Source: Ruditapes philippinarum (lineage: Eukaryota). From it: DNA of 64,000 nucleotides. The stretch lies in assembly GCF_026571515.1 (NCBI RefSeq), contig NW_026855732.1:1-64000 (forward strand), written 5' to 3'. Positions 1 through 13,300 of the stretch are shown piece after piece. How positions within the stretch are numbered: the first letter of the stretch is position 1; each line of letters starts with the position of its first letter. The notes under the pieces are model-generated. The model saw only the letters and a program-made list of their open reading frames with translations. It made no database searches and was not told where the DNA came from. The position numbers and the translations under genes were made by a program.

Positions 1-340
1 TAAAAGAATTATTAAAAAAAATAATAAAGATACCAAGAAATATACAAAATGGAATGTGATGTAAGAGAATACTAAATACAACATTTAAAAAGTAGTTAAC
101 AAAATATAAATGGCACACTATATGTACAAGATCTATTCGAAAATAAAGCATATGTAATATAAAATCAATTTAACATTTTGATTTAAGGGCAAAACTAATA
201 GTCTATCTCTATATATATTAATTGTTATTTTTGTGTGTGTGTTGTTTTTGTTTTTTTTAATAGACCTCAACCTCTATAGAATAACCTACTCATTACAACA
301 ACAGTTTTAATCTTTTTAATTTTAGACATCACAATAAATT

Positions 341-539
341 TGAGCCGCATCATGACAAATCCAACATAGTGCGTTTGCTCTCAGCATGGATCCATGCTGT
401 TTGCTATCAGTTTCTCTACTTGCTATAGGGTTTGTAAGCGAACAGCATGGATCCTGATCAGACTGTGCGGATGCGCAGGCTGGTCTGGATCCATGCTGGT
501 CGCAAATGCACTATGTTGGTTTTGTCATGACGCGGCTTA
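341..539. mobile_element. Palindromic MITE (non-autonomous DNA element), ~200 bp
   Basis: Left arm TGAGCCGCATCATGACAAATCCAACATAGTGCGTTTGC pairs with right arm GCAAATGCACTATGTTGGTTTTGTCATGACGCGGCTTA; internal CAGCATGGATCC/GGATCCATGCTG motifs; related copy at ~50811. Confidence 0.8.
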
Positions 540-3187
540 TTTAATCTTTTTAGAACAACAACTCTTAGTAACAACCAATATCTATGTACTACAGTACAAT
601 CTCTGCTGAGCGGCCAATCACCTCTTTACAATCACTTTTTGCTCTAAATCTAACTTACGTAGAGCAACACCTCTCGGTTGAAATCAAAATTGTTGCCTCC
701 CAAAGGGTGTTGCCTTACAGAGGTTATTCTCTTGTTCAGTATATTCAAGTTTTATTACCGTACAAGTTTTTGCACGTTGTATAAACCTTTACCACACTAA
801 ATATCTTAAATGGACTTGCCTGTCTTTTAATCTGGACAAAACCATTCATCATTATTGGGAAAAATTTTTTAACCACTACTAGGCGACTGTGATAGTTTTA
901 CTTAATGACAAAAAAGTCAATTTTAGATGGAATGTGTTAAAGGGTGAATATAATTAATTAAATAGCAGTCCTGACAGATTCCAGATATGCCCTTTAAAAA
1001 ACTGTTGACAACTGAAATAGCAAAATAATGGCTGTTTTCTTTTATCTAAGTCTGATTAAGGTATTTTTAAAGAAAATTGAGACATTTGTGTAATAAAGGT
1101 GTATTCAGGGTCTTTAATTTTGCAAGACCCTTGTTTAATGTACAATATATAAAAATAAAGAATGCTGAAAATTTATCACAGGCAATGCAACTAAATTTTT
1201 TCTAATGCAAATAGTCTCACTTGAATTAAAGCAAAAGCACATATAATGTTATAAATTTATAAAGAATTTCAAAAATAATTCAAGTGAAGATATACATTCG
1301 CATCTTTTGATCCAAGTTGAATCTTGTCAAAATATGGAAAAACAAGTCTACACAAAACAATATAAACTTCTTGAATGAATGCATGGATAATTGTCAATCT
1401 GTTATATTTAACCCTTTACCAACTAAATGTAGCTAAACTTAGCTTCACTCACCCACCTCAATCTGAAATATTAATATCCACTCTATACCTAGAAACTAAC
1501 AATTAACAAAACCTTAAACTGTAGCTATACTATGAAAACTTGTAATTAAAAAGGGGCTTAACTCCAAACAAATAGCTTTCAGATTTATGCCTGACAACTG
1601 CACACTGTCACGATAAGCAAGAATTCCCAGTTTCATGTTGATTGATAACTTTTAAAATATTTGAATGATGGGCTACATTAACGTTTTTGCAAATCAAAAA
1701 TGACGACGACTTTGCAGTGACCATAATAGCTTGAATTTTTCTTCAAAACAGATAAGCTAAAAAATGATATTGTAATTGACATTTCTCAGTAAATTGGTGT
1801 ATCAGATCTTTTACAATGTACTTGAAAAAAAAAATCAAACAAGGCAAAAATAGAAATGCCGACACTCAACTACAGTGATAACATATTTGATGGCAAGCTA
1901 AATCAGATTCGTACATAAAATATCTTTGGTTTTAAAAATTCTATATAACTATTAACATGGTAACTTAGTGTTAGGAAATCAAAACCTTCAAAGTTCAAGA
2001 ACAATGTCCTCATAAATAACAACGAAGACAACAAAAACAGATAAAAGAAACAAAGACTAAAAATTTATCACAAATGTTTCTATATGAAATAAACAATAAA
2101 TAATAATCATGTTTAACACACATCTAAAATCTATTTCTCGTTACTATGGTAAACAATGAAATAAGAAAGTCTTAAAAACTATACTGAAATAAACAGTGGT
2201 AAATAAATGTCTAAAATCTGTATCTTTGGTCAAAAGTAGTTTACCGTAACATACATGTATTAAATTTTTTTTTATTGTATATGACACTATTGTCTGTGAA
2301 AATGTTCAATGTGCAAAGCAAAAGCAATAAATAAAGCAATGTCTGCAGGTAATAAATAACAAGAATACCAAATACATCTATGAATATCGTCCGATACCAA
2401 TTAGACAACCATAATAATAACAAACTTTGAGGAAAATTGAAAAAATCTATTTTTTTAGTGACCTTAACCTGGGACATCTTAAGGTAGATATCCATGCAAG
2501 GTTCCTACAACCAAATATAACAAAAACAGATAAGGACAACCAATATGTGTAACAATATGTAAGTGTTACAAAACGAAAAACCTACAACTATTTTCACACA
2601 AAAATCCTTAGCTTTTTCTACCTATACCTTACTAAATTTTGAAATCCTTTTTTCTCTGTTTTTTTTTACCCTATTTTTCTCTGATTTTTTTAAAAATTTG
2701 TTTCACATTTTTTTCTTCTTTCATTGTTACATCATTCACTGTATCAAGCAAAAGCAACAATAACTAATCTATCAAGTAGTGCAGAAAAATCAAGACTTAT
2801 CACCAAATTTTTTAAACATTTTTCTTACAAAATTATCAGATATCAAAGTCAAACATATGAAATCAAATCTCTAAAATAATACATGTGGATCACAACTTTT
2901 TGAATAGACACTCTAAAATCACACCGAATCAATACCTTTTTTAATTTTGTATTTTTATATTCACACTGAATGTATAGATTTTAGTTACATCTCATGAATA
3001 CAAATTGAATGTATGTGGTGTTTTTTTTTAATAACACCTCGATCAATATTTTTGGATGTAATACTATATACATGTGTTCACATTGGATTTATACTTTTGA
3101 ATAAAACCTTTTGTATACACATATAATAAAATAACAACAACAAAACTTCCTAGAAAAGAAAACCTTTTTCATCAAATTGGATCTATA

Positions 3188-3826
3188 CTGGTTTCCTAGC
3201 AGTTTCCGTCCCCTAGCAGTTTTCCGGCCGTTTATCATTTTCGTCCAGTACAGTCTATTTTTACCAGTAAGGCATCCACATTACTTCATCAATCAGAGAG
3301 ACATTTGTTTTCTATGCTAAACAGCATTTAAAAAAGTACAACGATTTATATGTTTTGAAGTTTTGCCTGTTATTAAAAGTTACATAAGGGAACTTGCAAC
3401 ATTCAAAAATAAGCAACACCTGGGGAATTTTAGTTTGAATATCCATGTGCAATAACTAAGACCCCATTTTAGGTAAATCAATACTTCGGAAAATATTTTT
3501 GCAGACGACACGGAAAAGGTTGGGAAGTTCTGTTTGTCTGATAAAATCATCTTAATATTGCTTTATGGTACTGATTTATATTCAAAATAAAAATGGTCCG
3601 GAAAACTGCCATGAATTTTTTAATAAAGGTGAAAAAAGGCGTTACATTTCAGGCCTATATTCAAACTAGAAAGTAAAATGAAAGTGCAACATTAAACACA
3701 TGGCAATGCTGGACAGGTACATGTACCTAACTTTGTCCTGTCTAAGTTTTGTGCCCCTCCGTATACTGATTTTTATTTTATTTGTTAAAAAGTGCGATTT
3801 GTGGCCAGAAACTGCTAGGAAACCAG
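3188..3826. mobile_element. Tc1/mariner-type MITE
   Basis: Perfect terminal inverted repeats CTGGTTTCCTAGCAGTTTC / GAAACTGCTAGGAAACCAG, flanked by TA on both sides; no coding capacity. Confidence 0.85.
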
Positions 3827-4371
3827 TACTTAAATATTTTCTCATTTACACATAGTAGATCTATACTTCTTTAATTATACAATGTACCTCTTGAAAATAT
3901 ACACTGGATAATACGTTTCTGAATAAAATCTCTTATACATTGTACACAAATTGGATCTGCATTATTGTAATATCTTATATCACAAAAAATAACACATGTA
4001 AAAAGATAACTTTTAAACAATGAAGCATAAATAAAAAATGGCACAAAACTTCAAATAAATGAAATATAAGAACATACAAAAGAATTACTATTTGGCAAAA
4101 ATATCTTTCAAGCTTATAAGTCTAATACAATACTATCACATTATGTAACCTTAACTTCACAATAATTTAGAATAAGAAAAGATAGTTCAAGACTAGCTAA
4201 AGGCGGAATAATAAGTGTTTAATATAAAAGTAAAAGATATCTGTATTTTATCACATAAAATTGTGCGACACACACAAACAAACTCTCTGCTTTCGTAAGC
4301 ATGATAACAATTCAAGAAGAAAATCTGTCTTGGTGATATTCATCTTCAATGATCTTTGCACAGTGTACAAT

Positions 4372-7300
4372 CTATTTATACACGTTTTTGTCACTTGTTC
4401 CGAAATACTGAGTCCATCTTTGTTTAATCATTGGAAGAAATGTTTTCTCATGCAGTGCCGAAGCTTTTACATCAGCATTATTCATTGAAGTTGTAGCTTT
4501 CACAGGGACCTGATGGAAGATGTTACCAAGCAACCCTTTTTCTAGATTCACTTTCTGTACAGTAAGCTCAGCAGACATTGCCTGCGGACAGTACTCGGCA
4601 TCGTACATCATGGTGATTGCTGAGGTTATACTGATATAATCAAGGTTACCATCGCCATCTACATCACCAATAATACCTGGTGCAAAAACAAGATGAAATG
4701 CTGAATTCCAAAATGACCTGTGATACACAGTGAAAATGTGATATCTGTAGAAATTCAACAACAAACTAGAGGATGCTTTTGTAAAAAAGCGCATGTCTCC
4801 CCCACTGCACTGTGACCTTGACCTTTGACCTACTGACCCCAAAAACAATAGGGATCATCTGCTCTATAAGACCAATCATCCTATGAAGTTTGAGGGCTGT
4901 AGGTCAAAAGGAACTCTAGTTATCATCCGGAAACGAGAAATTGACCAACGGTCACTGTGACCTTGACCTTTGACCTACTGACCCCAAAAACAATAGGGAT
5001 CATCTGCTCAATAAGACCAATCATCCTATGAAGTTTGAGGGCTGTAGGTCAAAAGGAACTCTAGTTATCATCCGGAAACGAGAAATTGACCAACGGTCAC
5101 TGTGACCTTGACCTTTGAACTACTGACCCCAAAAACAATAGGGATCATCTGCTCAATAAGACCAATCATCCTATGAAGTTTGAGGTCTGTAGGTCTAAAG
5201 GAACTCTAGTTATCATCCGGAAACGAGAAATTGACCAACGGTCAGTGTGACCTTGACCTTTGTCCTACTGACCCCAAAAACAATAGGGATCATCAGCTCT
5301 ATAAGACCAATCATCCTATGAAGTTTGAGGGCTGTAGGTCAAAAGGAACTCTAGTTATCATCCGGAAACGAGAAATTGACCAACGGTCACTGTGACCTTG
5401 ACCTTTGACCTACTGACCCCAAAAACAATAGGGATCATCTGCTCTATAAGACCAATCATCCTATGAAGTTTGAGGGCTGTAGGTCAAAAGGAACTCTAGT
5501 TATCATCCGGGAAACGAGAAATTGACCAACGGTCACTGTGACCTTGACCTTTGAACTACTGACCCCAAAAACAATAGGGATCATCAGCTCTATAAGACCA
5601 ATCATCCTATGAAGTTTGAGGGTTGTAGGTCAAAAGGAACTCTAGTTATCATCCGGAAACGAGAAATTGACCAACGGTCACTGTGACCTTGACCTTTGAA
5701 CTACTGACCCCAAAACAATAGGGATCATCTGCTCAATAAGACCAATCATCCTATGAAGTTTGAGGTCTGTAGGTCTAAAGGAACTCTAGTTATCATCCGG
5801 AAACGAGAAATTGACCAACGGTCAGTGTGACCTTGACCTTTGACCTACTGACCCCAAAAACAATAGGGATCATCAGCTCTATAAGACCAATCATCCTATG
5901 AAGTTTGAGGGCTGTAGGTCAAAAGGAACTCTAGTTATCGTCCGGAAACGAAGAATGGACGGACGGACGGACTGACTGACGGACGGACGGACTGACGGAC
6001 GGACGGACAGGGCAAAAACAATATGTCTCCCCCCGAGGTGGGGGAGACATAATTATTATTATTATGTCTGGTGAAATATACTGAAATTTAAAAATTACCT
6101 GCTAAAGAAGCTTGAAGTATAAACCTTATCTGTCTTGTAGAATGTGCAGATTAGACTGGACATTATTTTAGACAGGTGTTACAATGGTGGGGTGCATAAT
6201 TTCACTTGTTATAACATATAAACATATAAATAGAAATAAATAAAATTTAAAGCCTTATATCTAGGAAATATTTTAAAGTCAGTCAATCTAAATTTGACCC
6301 TTAACCTGCCGAATGTCTAAAATAGCACCAGTGTAAAAGGTAGATAATGTACATAATGTTTTCCTTTAAATATAACTATGATGGATATAATACCTGAGCT
6401 CATGCTGTCTGGATCTTCAACACTGCACATTGTCTTCTTCCCTTTCTTCTCCTCTCTCCTAGGTCTATGTGAGCCACTTTCTCTACCTGGTATATTATCT
6501 TCAGAGTCAGTATCTATAGATTTGTCGTCAGACTCGTGAGCAGAATCTACATACTTTTCTGTAGTACTAAATTCTGTGTTAGCATTATCGCCAGTAGTGT
6601 CATACATATTGTCCGTCTCAGAGATGTCTTTATTATCATAAAAATCATCTTCTGCATTATCATCAATATTGTCATTATTATCATCATCCATTTTATCATC
6701 AATATTATCATTATCATCATCATCCATTTCATCATCAATAAAATCATTATCATCATCCTTATTATCATTCATATTATCATTGATATCATCAATATTATCA
6801 TTATTATTATCCATATTGTTATTGATATGGTCATCATTGTGGTCATCAACATTGTCAATTTCTTCAGAATTTTCCTGCCACTCACCATCTTGAGCAGGAT
6901 GGTTGTTACCCTGATTATCCGGATTTCCTTCATGCTTGAATGGAGCACTATGCCCAGAAGGTGGCTTACTGCTACATGTTAGGGCAGCATCTGTAAAATA
7001 CAGATTCGAAGATAAACAAATGAATTTGTATTCTTTACTTTCACATCTCTATTCAGTAGTGCAGACATACGAACGGACTTACTTACAAAATGGTACTAAT
7101 GTGACTTTTCCTTTGATCTTTTTAGCCATTTTTAGTCACACAAGGCTTAATAAAAGACACACAAGTAAAAATGGAATGAATAGAATCAAAGAGAATTTAC
7201 TGTTACCCACTGTTCTCCAAGTCACACAAGTACCTCTGGGTTTGTAAGGACGTACAAAGCGGCGACTATATGCTCACCCTTTGGGGAGCATAAAAAGGCA

Positions 7301-10300
7301 ATTGTACAGCAGACAATTTAAAAAATTTGCTGGATCTTAAACTCGAAGATTCACCCATCCATGAAAACCACGTAAAAATTAATACCCACAAATAATAATG
7401 ATATTGCATTATATAATATGAACAATACCGTAAGTATGCTTCTTGGTAGGGATCTCAAGAATTCTATAAGGACTCTGTATAGAGTCCCTGTCTACAATGA
7501 ACACCTCTCCTTTGTATGTTGATAAATCATCATCACAATTAAAACCACTGTAAAACTTCTTACGTCGCCACTCAGCTGAAATAACAGGTTACACTGTATA
7601 AATCCAAAAGTTTATATATTAGTGCACTTGTGCTACTTTTATTCATTTGACGGGCAAGTGCTGTGTTTAAACAATGTTGCTCATAAACCAAAAGCATTTG
7701 ACATTTTAAAAAATATACACAGATTTAACTGTTAAATCATTCTATAATTTCAAAATATAATTTGAAACTCTGGTCTTCATTAAGGCAATTCATTTTATGT
7801 GAATGTATCAAGTATCAGAAATACTATTTCCACAAAACATTAATAGCAAAATTTAAGGATAATTTCAGCATCTAGAACTGCAACTGCAAATCAAAACTAA
7901 GATTTCAGAATCCTTCACTGACAATTTCCTTGCTTGTTGCTGTTTATTTTTCAAAATAAGCACTTTTCCAGTCAGTTGTAACTTTCGCTCCCCCTTCCCC
8001 AGGCAATATCCAAATTCCTGGTAATAGCTCAAATTAAATGTCCCCCAATATTTTTGCACCAAATCAAAAACATGTCACAGACTCCTGCATTAATTCATTG
8101 ACAGAAGGTAAATTTTGCCTAATTTTCCTTATTTTCTCTGCACTCCCATGTGGTTGAAGGTTAGTATAACAATTAGTATAACAATTAAATGGTATATTAT
8201 ATGCACATTCTGTAACATTCTGTAACAATTTGTATAAGAAAGTAGACTCTATATAAATTAAAAAATCTTTACGTGTCGGCTGCCTGATATCAGGTTCTTC
8301 ATTACCATGACGTCTTTGTCTACCCTGTACATGCTGTCTACCCTGTATAATTTATGAAATATTTGAAATAAATATATATATGATTATATACATATGGAAG
8401 ATAAAAAAAAATGTTTAAGAGCTTATTTTGATTTCAAGCAATATGATCCAAACATGGGTATGTGAACAAATACAATTTTCTCCTTTTAAAATGAATGGAA
8501 TAACTGAGAATAAAAACATTCCACCTTCAGTTTTTTTCTCATGATTTTGGGAACATGACCTTTACCCATGGAATTCGGAATTTCAGCCATGTTTTGCTAA
8601 AAATTAGGAAAAAATGCATGACTTAAATTTTTCAATGATTAAATGAATGTTAAGAAATACTGACTAGGATGGCATCTTCAAACATTTAAGCCCTTATTTT
8701 CAATGATTTTAAAATTTGTTATTCAATTTTTTTATTTTGTAACTTTCAATTATCTGTGGATTGTGAAAATAACATATGTTTTCAGTTGGGAATATGACCG
8801 AATATCGGTTATAAAATAAGCCAAAATAAACCCTTACCTTAAAGGGACTCCACTGAGGTTTTAAGACATGATGAGACTGTAAATAATTTTTTGAGATGAA
8901 TGTTCCATTTGATGTAGGTCAAAACCAATAACTTGTGTGCAAAAAATTTCAGATTATTCGCTCTCTGGTTTTTTTCAGAATAATTGAAATGACCAAATAT
9001 TGAAAATCTTTGCAACACGTTTCACTAAAATTGGACAGAATAGCACAAAAATACAATTTTCTGTTTTTGTTTTTTTAGGCCTTTGGACCTCAGTGGAGTT
9101 TTTTTCACTTTTGGGGGAAGGGGTCGGTGCCCTTTGGAGGGGGAAAAATGCAATAGGAGGGGTAATTTAATTTGTTTACTTATTTATATTGTTTTCTTTG
9201 CAGTGGAAAAGGGGAGCAACTCTTGCAACACAAGTTTAAAATACATCTCTTTTTCTTTATATATTGATGCGTCGCATGTTTAACTTGTTGGGACGCCAGG
9301 AGTAGCTCCCCTTACCTACCAGAGAACAATTTGTAAACAACTTTGCTTAACAGTAACTCTTACAGGCATAAAATAAAACATTTTTTGGCAGTTAGTTGCA
9401 AAAAATTGATAATCATTGCAGGAAAATTCGGGCTGCCATATAGGGGGAAATTAAGGCTTTGAGGGGGGAAAAAACATACTATTTTGAGGGGGGAATGGGG
9501 CTGAATTTCGCTGAATATTTTGGTGAAAAAAAAAAAACACTGCCAACTATATGAACAAACGGTATGTCAGTATAATAATAATATGGGATGATAACATATT
9601 TCAATTGACTGTGTAAAAACAATAAAGGGAGGTAAAAGTCGAACAGGAAGATTTTATAAAATAGTTTTCTTACCAGGAATGTATTCATCATTCGCAAAAT
9701 TTAATTTATTGGCAGAGGCTATGTGATTTAGTTTGACAGTTTAAAAAATAGTGGCATTGGCATGTATTGCTTTTACTTGCAGTCGCAGAAAATGTTAAAA
9801 CTGTGATATCATAGAACCCATGATATCATAGAACCTGCGATATTATAGAACCTGTGATATTATAGAACCTGTGATATCATAGAGAACCTGTGATATCATG
9901 GGAACAGAGTATAATAGTTGTCATAAAACAATGCAACTTAACCTTGATTTTTTTTTTATAAAAATTTTCTTTAAAATGGGCTGTAACTTACCTTTTTATC
10001 AGTTCTTACAAGTCCATGTTTTGTCGTTTTAAATTTTGAGTCCCGACCTTGAACTTTGAACACGAAGGCATCATGATGTTTAAGACTTGTGGCTATACTA
10101 AGACTTGAACTCATCTGGAAAAAGTTGGACTCTAGGTTCCAGAGAACACTGCCGTCCTTACCACTGATCACATACACCTGATGATATCATAAAGAAAAAC
10201 TTAAAATAAATCTGAAATTTCATGCCTTTTGAAGAGACGTTACTTTTCACAGTCACTTTTATTCATTAGAAGTATTTCAAAGTTATACTCTTAAAGAAAA

Positions 10301-13300
10301 AAGAGATTGAAAAACAGACAGAAAAACTGACAGAAAACTTGCAGACAAAGATTAATAATGATTAATAATGTCTTACATAGACACTGTAATATTCCATCCA
10401 TACACCAAAGTTCCAGGTGACCATAAAATCAATGTACTCATCATCATTGAAATATCCTGGGGCTGGTGTCCTTTAAAGAAATATGATATATGTATACTTA
10501 CTTTTAAATATAATATCATATAATACAAATGTATCTAATTATCATAATGATCAATATAAATTGTAAATTCATCTCTAAGACTGTGTCTTCTTGAATATTT
10601 TAACAACTTTTGCCTATGATGTAAGGCTGACATAAATACCCTCTCCATGCTAATTAAAATAGCTCCTGTCTTCTTTGAATTTCCAAGCAAAATTGTTTTC
10701 TCCCAGATTTCTCCCCAATATATATTTATATTTTATTTACTACTGCCAAACCATTCATTTTACCAAGTCTCTGGTATTGTCTTTCTCAAAATTAACAAAA
10801 TTTCACAAAATTAAAAATAGTCAAAGAAAGTAAAAATACCCATAAGTCTCCATTCCGGAGAAATTTGCTGTCCAAATGAGGCTAAGATCTTTTCCACTGT
10901 AAAGATTGTTAATGCCCTCAAAAGAGGTCATCAGAATATCTTTTACACTATCATTGTTGTAGTCTACAACCACTGGTGGTACCATTACACCTTTCTCAAC
11001 ACCTCTAAAACAGTGAACATAAATATTATAACCTCCAAAACAGTTCATATAAATATATTCTAAACTTAGTAACAGTGAACAGAAAAAATTATAACCTCTG
11101 AAACAGTGAAGAGAAAAATTATAACATCTAAAACTGTGAACAGAAATATATTCTAACCCAAAAACAGGTGAACACAAAGATTATAATCTCTAAAACAGTG
11201 AACAGAAAAATTATAACCTCTTCAACAAAGAACATAAATATTATAACCTCTAAAACAGTGAACATGAATATATTCTAACCTCAGTAACAGTGAACATTAA
11301 TATATTCTTACCTCTAAAACAGTGAATATAAATATTATAACCTTTGAAACAGTGCATATAATGATATAAATACATTCTAACCTTAATAACAGTGAACAGA
11401 AATATAATATAACCTCAAGAACAGTGAACAGAAATATAATCTAACCTCAGGAACAGTGAACATAAATATAATCTAACTTCAAGAACAGTGAACCGAAATA
11501 TATTCTAACATCTGAAAGAGTGAACAGAAATATAGTATAATCTCAAAACCAATTAACAGAAATATATTTCAACCACTTTAACGGTGAACAGAAAAACAAT
11601 TTACCTCTAAAACAGTATACATATATAATTTTAAAATCTACACATATTAAACAATGTACACACCTAAAACAGTGAACAGAAAAATAATAAATACCTTTTA
11701 AACCGTTACAGATAATATATATACAGTAAAACTTCTATAATGTCAAACTTGTTCTCGATATGTCAAAGTAAAAACGAAAGTCCCATTTTTTTCCCGAAAA
11801 TATCCTTTATAAAAGCCTAAAAGTTGAAATCATATGAGTCAAATTTTTTGATGTGTTGAAGTTTTATCGTGGTCAGTATAGAATGAATAGAGTACAATTT
11901 ACCATGAGTTAGTCAAAGTCCTTCGCTTGTAAACTTCGATTGCTCAAAATTTTGTCATTAAATTGAGACCAATTCATAAGCTAAAGTACTGATATGTCAA
12001 AGTATTTACACAAGTCCCTTCAACTTCAACTTATTGAGTTCTACTGTATATCTAAAAATCTACACATATTAAAGAATATACACCCCTAAAACAGAGAACA
12101 AAAATATAAAACTATTACCAAAACAGTGATGAATATATAACCTATTTTTCATAACAGGTGTATGGAAATATAATCAACAACAATGCTACAGTATGTATTC
12201 TACAAACCTATAAATAACAAAAATGCCATTTTTATCCTTGTCCAGCCCTGTATATTCCTCTCCCTGACTTGGTCCACACACTTCAGCATCGTCCCCAAGT
12301 ACATAGAGACAGAAATCTCTCACTGATATTCCCATTAAATCACCTAGACACGAAAAAAATGTATTTTAAGTTATATAGCCATATGCCCTTTTTATCGTAG
12401 AGATATACATAATTTTGAAGAGGGTTACCTAAAAATCAATCCTGTGAAGTTTGGTCAAAATCTACACAAAGGTTTAGAAGAAGGTATTTAAAAAATCTCT
12501 TTATAACAAAGAAAAACACAAAACAAAATAAGACTAAATCAAAAGCTCAGTTTTGAAGACTTTGTGGTACTCAATTGATTTTAAAATGCAGTTGGTACAA
12601 AAAATTTTAACATATAATCCCAGTATTATTTTATCAAATCCATGACAGAGTTGAAAATGGGCATGATGGTCATTAAACAAGTAATCCAAGTTGTAAAGCA
12701 ACATCTTAAAGGTATCGTAAAACAGTAGATGGTTTAAAACACTTATTTGTAAGTGTAATGCTTTGGCAGATGCCAACAGCCAGGTGAGTAAAATATCTCT
12801 TATTTATGATTATTTATTGTGAATACAAAAGTCCCACTAAAACAATACCTGGCACAGTCTCTCCTCCGCTACCAATCAGTATGTAGGTGGCGCCACCTTC
12901 AACAGGTGTAAACATGACTGGACTCATGTATGTTTCTTTGCTATTGGGCATTTCCAGGTAACGTTTGCTAACTGGTTTACCAGTGGCCCCCGACAATACA
13001 ACCAGTCGTCCTGGTGCTCGGTTATGATCCTTTAAGCAAGAAATATTGAAAGTAGATAATATGGAAAGTAATATTACAAAATATAACTTAAAGAGTAAAA
13101 AGCTGTAAGCTGCAAAAATTATTGTTTGAATCTTAAAAAAGAATACTTCCAAAATGCTTGTATGAAATAAATATTGTAATAAATTGCCTTAAAAGTTGAT
13201 GGCACATGTACAAAATCATTGCAACAGGTAAACAGATAAAAGCCTACTAGCAGAATAATATTTTGTTCATGACTATTTTTGTTTCTTTTCTGTTTACATA

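Noticed and set aside
4808-5950. CRISPR-like regular array
   Set aside because: Units are full-length near-identical 145-mers with no unique spacers; no cas genes; eukaryotic context.
6536-6982. Ile-, Met- and Ser-rich ORFs (6536-6982 +, 6547-6768 -, 6669-6893 +)
   Set aside because: Alternative frames of the Asp/Asn-rich exon's GAT/AAT repeats.
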